NCBI RefSeq assembly: GCF_009617975.1
Contig: NZ_CP040089.1
Coordinates: 90,001 to 122,000 of the forward strand
Source of the DNA: Candidatus Nanohalobium constans
GTDB taxonomy: Archaea > Nanohalarchaeota > Nanosalinia > Nanosalinales > Nanosalinaceae
Length of the DNA stretch: 32,000 nucleotides
Reading direction: 5' to 3'
Shown here: positions 19,085 through 25,150 of the stretch, piece by piece
Position numbering within the stretch: position 1 is the stretch's first letter
Layout of the letters: every line of letters starts with the position of its first letter
Program-made: the position numbers and the translations under genes
The notes under the pieces: model-generated
The model's input: only the letters and a program-made list of their open reading frames with translations
Told to the model about the DNA's origin: nothing
Database searches by the model: none

Positions 19085-20205
19085 GTATTGAAGTAGAGTT
19101 TAACGGTCTTGAAACTTCTGGAGTATTAGATGAAAATCTGCCGTACTTCGCAAAAATCGAACCAGGGTATAACCTGGAAAAAATCGACAAGGATTTCGAT
19201 CATCTGGTTGTAATCGGTAACGGCGGATCAATTACGAGTTTGAGAGCTCTTTACTACACTTTTCTTGAAGAAGCCGATAAAACTCTTGATATAGTCTCCA
19301 CGATGGATCCTGACAGACTTGACCAAGTTGCAGCAAATACCGATCCTGAAGACACTCTTATCATGCCTATAAGCAAATCAGGATCAACAGTCGGAGTTAT
19401 AGAGTCTCTAATGTTTTTCATAAACAGGGATTACGACTTTAACCCGTTGACGACACCAGGATCTCCTCTGCACGAAATCGCAGATAGTTTTGATCGAAGC
19501 ATAATCGAACATCAGGAGGTCGGAGGAAGATTCTCCGGACTTACTAATACAGCGTTGGCTCCTGCAGAGCTTATAGGTCTTGATTCTGATGTAATCAGGG
19601 CAGGCGGCAAAGAAGGCTACAGAATGAATGACAAGGCGGTTAAAACAGCTCAAGCCCTGTACAATGCCGAGGAAAAAGGCTTTAACCAGGTCTTAACTCC
19701 GTTCTACTCCTCAAGAATGTTCGGCTTCTACCCTCTCACAGTCCAGCTCATGCATGAAACAGTTTGCAAAGAAGGCGAGGGACAGACATTCTTCGGTGAT
19801 CACGCCCCAGAGTACCAACACCACACAAATCAACGCCTGTTCGGAGGAAAAGAAGATATACTGCCGTTCTTCTTCAGAACAAACCACAGAAACGAAAAAA
19901 TAACAGTGCCCGATCAAATATCCGATATAGACATAAAAGGAAGCAAACTGGCAAACTTCAGCGATAAAAATCTGTCAGAATCTCTTGAAGCAGAGTTTTT
20001 AGGTGTGAGGAAAGCACTGGAAGATGAGGACAGGCCATATATTGATTTGAAGCTTGAAAACTCTAGTTACAAAGGGTTCGGTCAGTTAATGGCATTTCTG
20101 CAGCTGGTTGCGTTTTATTCAGCTAAGATTCGCGGTGTTGATCCGCTGACCCAGCCTGATGTAGAGAAAAGCAAGAAAATGGGTTTGGAGGAGAGACTTA
20201 AGTGA
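19081..20205 (+). CDS. pgi: Glucose-6-phosphate isomerase (short SIS-type PGI)
   Basis: VVIGNGGSITSLRAL, ISKSGSTVGVIES; ATGA overlap with the glycogen synthase stop. Confidence 0.75.
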   Translation: MSIEVEFNGLETSGVLDENLPYFAKIEPGYNLEKIDKDFDHLVVIGNGGSITSLRALYYTFLEEADKTLDIVSTMDPDRLDQVAANTDPEDTLIMPISKSGSTVGVIESLMFFINRDYDFNPLTTPGSPLHEIADSFDRSIIEHQEVGGRFSGLTNTALAPAELIGLDSDVIRAGGKEGYRMNDKAVKTAQALYNAEEKGFNQVLTPFYSSRMFGFYPLTVQLMHETVCKEGEGQTFFGDHAPEYQHHTNQRLFGGKEDILPFFFRTNHRNEKITVPDQISDIDIKGSKLANFSDKNLSESLEAEFLGVRKALEDEDRPYIDLKLENSSYKGFGQLMAFLQLVAFYSAKIRGVDPLTQPDVEKSKKMGLEERLK

Positions 20206-20813
20206 GGATAGCTTACTTGGTGAAGAACTTTGCAGATGGAGATGACTTATCGGAGTATGTGAAGTCCTTGGCAGAGTATATGGCTTCCCAAGGTCACGAA
20301 CCTTTTGTTGTCTCTTTCGATGATGGTTCTAAATACACTGTTTCCGAAGAGGTTGAAGTTGAGCGTTTTCAGCTCCATTTTGACGGTGATTCTCTCTACA
20401 CCTGGGCTATGATGATGAACAATGAGATGAAAGGCAAGGTTGTAGAGAAGATGAAAGATGAGGAGATCGATGTTATACACTCTAATGACTGGATTACGGC
20501 TCCAGGAGGAGTAACACTTTCTAATCATCTTGAAAAACCGTTCTTCCTAACTATTCATTCTACTGAGAATCAGAGAGGATTTCAGGGAGAGAATTCCGGT
20601 TTGATTTCGGAGCTCGAGTGGCAGGGAAGCTTTGAAGCAGATAGAGTATTTGCGAACAATGATGGTGTGAAGAATTCTTTGTTATTTGACCTTGATTTAG
20701 CTGATGAAAAGGTTTGCGTGGCGGATCCGCTTCATGACGGGTGGCAGGAAAGAATTTTAAACTGTTATTGTGAAATCTTCGATAAAGAGGAAGAAGTGGA
20801 GGTGGAGATGTAA
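20202..20813 (+). CDS. Stand-alone GT-B N-terminal (Glyco_transf_4-like) domain protein; lacks the nucleotide-sugar-binding C-domain
   Basis: Collinear with the first about 200 aa of the next gene (MRIAYLV../MRPLFVT.., ..QGHEPFVV/..QGHEPVIL, HSNDW/HAHDW, TIHSTENQRG/TVHSTQKGRDG) but ends before any E-x7-E region. GTG start overlaps the PGI stop. Confidence 0.6.
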   Translation: MRIAYLVKNFADGDDLSEYVKSLAEYMASQGHEPFVVSFDDGSKYTVSEEVEVERFQLHFDGDSLYTWAMMMNNEMKGKVVEKMKDEEIDVIHSNDWITAPGGVTLSNHLEKPFFLTIHSTENQRGFQGENSGLISELEWQGSFEADRVFANNDGVKNSLLFDLDLADEKVCVADPLHDGWQERILNCYCEIFDKEEEVEVEM

Positions 20814-20815
20814 AC

Positions 20816-21958
20816 TTGAGACCTTTGTTCGTAACCTGGGAGTACCCTCCATACAAGGCAGGTGGCATAGCAGCGCACTGCGAAGACCTTGCTACGACAC
20901 TGGCGGATCAAGGTCACGAACCAGTAATTCTAACATACGGAGACGAAGAGGAAACCGAATACAGGGATGGTGTGGAAATCCACAGAGTGCCTTCAACTGA
21001 TTCAGCAAATAATACTCTTTCTTGGGCGATGCATCTCGGACATCAAATAGAGAAAAAGGCTGTACAGTTAGCTAAAAATGATAACTTTGACTTAGTCCAC
21101 GCACACGACTGGATGGCAGTACCAGGTGCAACAGGAATACAAAAAACACTGGATTTGCCCATGGTCTTCACAGTACACAGCACTCAGAAAGGAAGAGACG
21201 GGATAGACTCTCAGTACCAGGAGACGATTCACAACCTTGAGTGGTACGGAACTTACGAAGCAGAGGAAGTCATCACAGTCGGAAGAGAGTTCTCAGAAGA
21301 AGTTAAACACAACTACGATGTGCCAGAAGGGAAAGTAAATTATATTCCGAACGGAGTCGACCTGGAAAAATTCGACAATCATACCAACCAATTAAACTAT
21401 AACGACTATGCGTTGGACTGGGAGCAGATAGTACTGTTCGTAGGGAGAATGTACCCTCAGAAAGGTCCAGGGCACCTGATCGAAGCCATGCCCAAGATTC
21501 TAGAACAGAAACCCGAAGCCAAGTTCGTAATGTGTGGCTCCGGAGCAACAGAACACTATAAAGGAATCGCCAAGGAAACAGTCGGCGACAAAGTACATTT
21601 CCCTGGTTATGTTGCTGAAGAAGAACTTCTCTCACTCATGAAATCCGCTGAAATGACGGTAGCACCCTCGGTGTACGAACCATTCGGAATAGTACCTCTG
21701 GAGGCCGCAGCATGCCAGACGGCAACAATAGGCAGCTATACAGGAGGAATGAAAGATACAATCGTCCACGAATATACAGGTCTCCACACATACCCGGCTG
21801 ATCCGAACAGCATCCAGAATCAGGTAACAAGAGCACTGGAAGATCCGGGATGGACGGACTGGATGGGCGACAAAGCCCGAGAAAGAGTAGAAGACAACTT
21901 CCGCTGGGAACAAATCTCGGCCTGGACAACCGGAATCTATTCTGATGCTGTTGAATAA
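20816..21958 (+). CDS. GT-B glycosyltransferase (GT4/GT5-like; probable alpha-glucan/glycogen synthase-type)
   Basis: PYKAGGIAAH, HAHDW, TVHST, C-domain GRMYPQKG and EPFGIVPLEAAACQT (E-x7-E). TTG start. Confidence 0.85.
   Translation: MRPLFVTWEYPPYKAGGIAAHCEDLATTLADQGHEPVILTYGDEEETEYRDGVEIHRVPSTDSANNTLSWAMHLGHQIEKKAVQLAKNDNFDLVHAHDWMAVPGATGIQKTLDLPMVFTVHSTQKGRDGIDSQYQETIHNLEWYGTYEAEEVITVGREFSEEVKHNYDVPEGKVNYIPNGVDLEKFDNHTNQLNYNDYALDWEQIVLFVGRMYPQKGPGHLIEAMPKILEQKPEAKFVMCGSGATEHYKGIAKETVGDKVHFPGYVAEEELLSLMKSAEMTVAPSVYEPFGIVPLEAAACQTATIGSYTGGMKDTIVHEYTGLHTYPADPNSIQNQVTRALEDPGWTDWMGDKARERVEDNFRWEQISAWTTGIYSDAVE
21932..21958 (+). repeat. Copy 1 of a duplicated gene end (functional 3' end of the glycosyltransferase: GIYSDAVE*)
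   Basis: GGAATCTATTCTGATGCTGTTGAATAA; pairs with 22900-22930. Confidence 0.7.
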
Positions 21959-22016
21959 CTTTCTCAGCTGGTTTTGGTGGTTACGACAATACTATCCTTA
22001 CTCACTGTATGCCAAA

Positions 22017-22028
22017 GGTTATTTAAAC
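22017..22028 (+). promoter_or_regulatory. TATA-like box (GGTTATTTAAAC) upstream of the TumE-like gene; AGGTG Shine-Dalgarno-like at 22060-22064
   Basis: Spacing to TTG 22073 allows a short 5' UTR containing AGGTG 9 nt before the start. Confidence 0.3.
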
Positions 22029-22072
22029 TCAGCTATGTACCTTACACATAGGATGCAAAAGGTGTTTAAATC

Positions 22073-22378
22073 TTGGCTGATAAGATAATAGATAGCAGGG
22101 ATGAAAAACAGAGCTCAGAAGGCCAAACATACATACTGGATGTAGTCGCTTACACTGTTCCAGAAAGCGACCAATTTCCATCAGGGGTAAAGTACAGCTT
22201 CCAAGCTGTATACAAGGAAACGGAACAGCTAATCGTCCGTTACGATAACGCAAACGATAGTCACGCAGCCAAACACCACAAACATGTCATGAAAGATGGA
22301 GAAGAAACTACTGAGTCACTTGAACTACAACCAGGAAACGCAAAACAACTGCATAAACTATTCCAAAAAATGGATTGA
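22073..22378 (+). CDS. DUF6516/TumE-like small protein (putative toxin of a two-gene module)
   Basis: About 100 aa with VRYDNANDSHAAKHHKHV (RYDN..H....HHKH signature as I remember for this family); followed 15 nt later by an HTH partner. Confidence 0.45.
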   Translation: MADKIIDSRDEKQSSEGQTYILDVVAYTVPESDQFPSGVKYSFQAVYKETEQLIVRYDNANDSHAAKHHKHVMKDGEETTESLELQPGNAKQLHKLFQKMD

Positions 22379-22392
22379 AGAGATGAAACAAA

Positions 22393-22845
22393 ATGTCAAA
22401 TGAAAACAGAATTGAAAGAGAAATACCGTACGGGAAAAAACTTGTAATAAAAGAGAGAAATCTGGAACAGGCAGTAGAGGACATGAATCAGCAATTTGAA
22501 TCCTTTATCGAAGATGGAGAAGAATCAGGTGTGGTTGTAGGATTTGAAGATCCTGAAAAAATAAGGCAGATCTTAACTCCTAAGAGAAGAGAATTAATGA
22601 GCGCCATAATATCTGCAGAGCCAGAAAGCATAAGCCAATTAGCAGACATAACAGATAGAGGAATTACAGAAGTACACAGAGACCTAGAAATACTGAAAGA
22701 AAATAAACTAGTCTACATCGAAGGAGAAGAAGTCAACGGCAAAGCCAAGAAACCAGTAGTACCCTACTCAGACATAGAAATCAATTACAACCTGAAAAGC
22801 AGCTTGATGAGTAATAAAGAAGTGAAAGACTTTAAAACAGCTTAG
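22393..22845 (+). CDS. Winged-HTH DNA-binding protein (HVO_A0114/TumA-like putative antitoxin/regulator)
   Basis: VVGFEDPEKIRQILTPKRRELMSAIISAEPESISQLADITDRGITEVHRDLEILKENKLVYIE..KAKKPVVPYSDIEI matches the pattern of this haloarchaeal regulator family. Confidence 0.55.
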   Translation: MSNENRIEREIPYGKKLVIKERNLEQAVEDMNQQFESFIEDGEESGVVVGFEDPEKIRQILTPKRRELMSAIISAEPESISQLADITDRGITEVHRDLEILKENKLVYIEGEEVNGKAKKPVVPYSDIEINYNLKSSLMSNKEVKDFKTA

Positions 22846-22899
22846 CCGGTTGCTTTATCTACTCAATTGCCTACGGGAAGAAGAACAAACAAGTCTATT

Positions 22900-22930
22900 G
22901 GCATTTACTCTGATGCTGTGGAGTGAATAA
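22900..22930 (+). repeat. Copy 2 of the duplicated gene end: orphan remnant that still encodes GIYSDAVE* with only synonymous changes
   Basis: GGCATTTACTCTGATGCTGTGGAGTGAATAA versus copy 1. The differences are ATC/ATT, TAT/TAC, GTT/GTG, GAA/GAG, GGA/GGC and TAA/TGA. Possible weaker extension back to about 22882 (GAACAAA..TCT). Confidence 0.65.
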
Positions 22931-22934
22931 TACA

Positions 22935-22946
22935 GGTTTTAAATCC
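22935..22946 (+). promoter_or_regulatory. TATA/BRE-like box (GGTTTTAAATCC) upstream of the DGR target gene
   Basis: Near-identical to GGTTTAAATCC at 30122-30132; an ATG at 22968 lies about 27 nt downstream of the box centre. Confidence 0.4.
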
Positions 22947-22998
22947 GGTATTCTCCAACATGTACACATGAGTACGCAACTAGAATCATCACCTCGAG

Positions 22999-24243
22999 GT
23001 GACGAAACATCGAAGTGTCACACACACACACGAACTTCTGAATAAGTCTAAGGGCCAGTCGGCTATTGAGTATTTGACTACTTATGGTTGGATGTTGTTG
23101 GTTATTGCTATTGTTGGTGGTGCTGTTTTTACTACTGTTCAAGGTAGTTCTAGTTTGGATTCTAGTGGTTTTGATGCGGTTAGTGGTGTTGCTTTTGTTG
23201 ATGGTGGTTTAACGAGTGATAATACTTTTCAGATGCGTCTTCGTAATCAGGAAGCCGAAGAAATGACGGTAGAAAAAATAACTCTAACCAATGAAGCAGG
23301 AAACAAAGTCGTTGCCCGACCAGGCAAAACTCTGCCAGTCGGAGAAGAAAAAACATTTAATACAATAGGCTTAACTGAAACTGGAGGACAAAATAGTGTT
23401 AATGTTGAAATTACTTATGATACTGGTGGTTTGAATAATTTAGCGGTTAATGGCAGTATCACCGGTGCCTTCAGCCTTGACACTGAGAGGGCTGAGCCTG
23501 GAAACGGCGAATGGGAGTTCGTTGATGTCTCTGAAGTCAATCAGTCAACTGTTGATACCAGTGAAATGTCTGACTTCTATATTATGAAGTATGAGGCTTC
23601 TCGGAGTGATGCTAATTCTACTGACGCAGGTTCTGAATCAACTCCTGTTTCTCAGCAAGGAGTCGTTCCATGGGTTCAAATCAGTCAGAACGAGGCTATT
23701 GATAAGTGTCAGCAGGCAGGCTTCAATTTACCGAGTAACAGGCAGTGGCAGGCTGCAACAATGGCAGAAATAGGAAACTCTTCTACACAACCACTCGGTA
23801 ATACGAATAATAATGAGGACAGTAATGGGGATCAGGGAACGATAGATCCAACAAGTCATGACTGGAACAGTGACGGTGAGAATGATAGGACTTTGACTGG
23901 GAGTGGTCCGGATACTTGGGCTAACACGATTGGAGTCCATGATTTGAATGGTAATGTCTGGGAGTGGACACGGACTGTTGTTGATCAAAGTCATCCGATG
24001 CATAAGGGCGGTAGTAATGGTCAGGTCTCGTCTTGGAACAACAATGGCTATCCAGAAACACTCGGCAGCAGTAATTCTGACTTTGGAGGCGACTATTACT
24101 GGTCTTCGAGTGATGATAATCGTGCCGTTCAACGCGGTGGTGGCGCGCGCAATGGTGCGCGCGCCGGAGTGTTCTCCCTGACCCTGCACAACGCTCCTTC
24201 GCGCTCGCTCAGGTACATCGGGTTCCGGTGTTCTTTTTCCTGA
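22999..24243 (+). CDS. DGR variable (target) protein: class III signal peptide/type IV pilin-like N-terminus plus C-terminal FGE-sulfatase/C-type-lectin-fold domain carrying the VR
   Basis: N-terminus NKSKGQSAIEYLTTYGWMLLVIAIVGGAVFTTV (archaeal prepilin-type KGQ..EYL plus hydrophobic helix). C-terminus FYIMKYEASR, VPWVQISQNEAIDKC, LPSNRQWQAA, HDLNGNVWEWT, RGGG....IGFRC (FGE/CLec hallmarks). The last 38 codons are the VR. The only plausible in-frame start is GTG. Confidence 0.85.
   Translation: MTKHRSVTHTHELLNKSKGQSAIEYLTTYGWMLLVIAIVGGAVFTTVQGSSSLDSSGFDAVSGVAFVDGGLTSDNTFQMRLRNQEAEEMTVEKITLTNEAGNKVVARPGKTLPVGEEKTFNTIGLTETGGQNSVNVEITYDTGGLNNLAVNGSITGAFSLDTERAEPGNGEWEFVDVSEVNQSTVDTSEMSDFYIMKYEASRSDANSTDAGSESTPVSQQGVVPWVQISQNEAIDKCQQAGFNLPSNRQWQAATMAEIGNSSTQPLGNTNNNEDSNGDQGTIDPTSHDWNSDGENDRTLTGSGPDTWANTIGVHDLNGNVWEWTRTVVDQSHPMHKGGSNGQVSSWNNNGYPETLGSSNSDFGGDYYWSSSDDNRAVQRGGGARNGARAGVFSLTLHNAPSRSLRYIGFRCSFS
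23019..23031 (+). repeat. (CA)6C dinucleotide microsatellite inside the 5' end of the DGR target gene
   Basis: CACACACACACAC, read directly from the sequence; encodes THTH in the annotated frame. Confidence 0.9.
24121..24234 (+). repeat. DGR variable repeat (VR), in frame at the 3' end of the target gene
   Basis: 114 bp collinear with 25007-25120 (offset 886). 15 mismatches at TR adenines and 1 at a TR cytosine (synonymous GGA/GGC). An identical GC-rich 3' block CATCGGGTTCCGGTGT is the IMH candidate. Confidence 0.9.
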
Positions 24244-24250
24244 TTGCTGA

Positions 24251-24646
24251 GTGCTGGGTTGCGAGGTGATCAGAATGGGTGAAGTGGATTTTACTGGTTT
24301 GCAGGCGTATGAGGAGGTTTCTCCTGCGGTTGTGAAAGGATTAAAGTTGCTGAGAGACTTGGATGATTATGATACTTATTGGGATTTTATTTTGAAAGGT
24401 CTGCGGCGTGACTTAGCTGAATCCCTACCCCTGCTCGCTGATGGGTATAACCGGTATCATTATGATGAGAAGGCTGAAGCTTACAAAAAAGTCAGGAGTA
24501 AGCTGTCTCGTTGTCAGTCCTGTTTCCTGATTTTGAAGGATATCGGGGTTTTAACGAACGAGGATGTAGATTCAATCTGCCGTAGTTTGGAAGGTGGTAT
24601 TGGACGCCTTAATGGTTTGATCAGTCGAATGGAGGATGATGAGTGA
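24251..24646 (+). CDS. DGR-associated hypothetical protein, possibly a divergent second Avd-like helical bundle (start more likely ATG 24275)
   Basis: Lies between the target gene and avd. Its TGA overlaps the avd ATG (TGATG). The C-terminal half ..YKKVRSKLSRCQSCFLILKDIGVLTNEDVDSICRSLEGGIGRLNGLI parallels avd ..LRKADRELEKTKIFFRLSRDLGFISSGQHENISEDLVELGKMLGGWI. Confidence 0.5.
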   Translation: MLGCEVIRMGEVDFTGLQAYEEVSPAVVKGLKLLRDLDDYDTYWDFILKGLRRDLAESLPLLADGYNRYHYDEKAEAYKKVRSKLSRCQSCFLILKDIGVLTNEDVDSICRSLEGGIGRLNGLISRMEDDE

Positions 24647-24978
24647 TGCAGGATCTTAAACTGTTTCAGAAAAGCTATGATTTTTATGAGGAAGTTTATC
24701 CAACGCTGAAGAACTTTCCCCAATCGGAGCGTTTTGTTATGGTTCAGAAGATTCAGGATTCTTTCTTGGAGTTTATTTCTCACATTATTTCAGCTCGAAA
24801 AGCCAGTAACACGCTTCACCACTTGAGGAAGGCAGATAGGGAATTAGAAAAGACGAAGATTTTCTTCCGTCTTTCCCGTGATCTCGGCTTCATCTCCTCT
24901 GGACAACATGAAAATATTTCTGAGGATTTAGTTGAGCTAGGTAAGATGCTTGGAGGCTGGATTGAAAATGAAAAATGA
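24643..24978 (+). CDS. avd: Accessory variability determinant (Avd; four-helix-bundle, 23S-rRNA-IVS-protein family); start likely ATG 24646
   Basis: About 110 aa, helical, LKLFQKSYDFYEEVYPTLKNFPQSERFVMVQKIQDS... and C-terminal ELGKMLGGWI (compare BPP-1 Avd ..VGRILGSWI); located immediately upstream of the TR. Confidence 0.8.
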   Translation: MMQDLKLFQKSYDFYEEVYPTLKNFPQSERFVMVQKIQDSFLEFISHIISARKASNTLHHLRKADRELEKTKIFFRLSRDLGFISSGQHENISEDLVELGKMLGGWIENEK

Positions 24979-25006
24979 TATTAAGGCAGATGCTGTTTTC
25001 GGAACT

Positions 25007-25120
25007 CGTGCCGTTCAACGCGGTGGTAACGCGAACAATGGTGCAAACGCCGGCGTGTTCTCCATGAACCTGAACAACGCTCCTTCGAACTCGAACAGGA
25101 ACATCGGGTTCCGGTGTCCT
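25007..25120 (+). repeat. DGR template repeat (TR), non-coding template RNA region
   Basis: In the VR frame it contains 9 AAC codons plus AAT; 8 of the 9 AAC codons differ in the VR (GGC, CGC, CGC, ACC, CAC, CGC, CTC, TAC). Confidence 0.9.
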
Positions 25121-25127
25121 CCCAACT

Positions 25128-25150
25128 ACTTCAAACATTCTGTTTGGAGT
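25128..25150 (+). other. Predicted RNA hairpin immediately 3' of the TR (10-bp stem including one G-U, 3-nt loop)
   Basis: ACTTCAAACA-TTC-TGTTTGGAGT; paired by eye. Confidence 0.3.

Noticed and set aside
21303-21929. Three overlapping minus-strand ORFs (93-110 aa) within the GT4 gene
   Set aside because: They lie antisense to a CDS with clear GT-B motifs, and their Cys/Arg/Leu-rich translations have no features.
23728-24189. 153-aa minus-strand ORF and the 23948-24181 and 23591-23773 plus-strand ORFs inside the DGR target gene
   Set aside because: These are shadow ORFs within a well-supported CDS. Their basic, Ile/Thr/Arg-rich composition is atypical for this acidic proteome.
24235-24275. 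Possible hairpin/cruciform just downstream of the VR (CTGAT...ATCAG), by analogy with the BPP-1 VR-flanking hairpin
   Set aside because: Only a 5-bp stem with a loop of about 25 nt and no extension, which is not distinguishable from chance.
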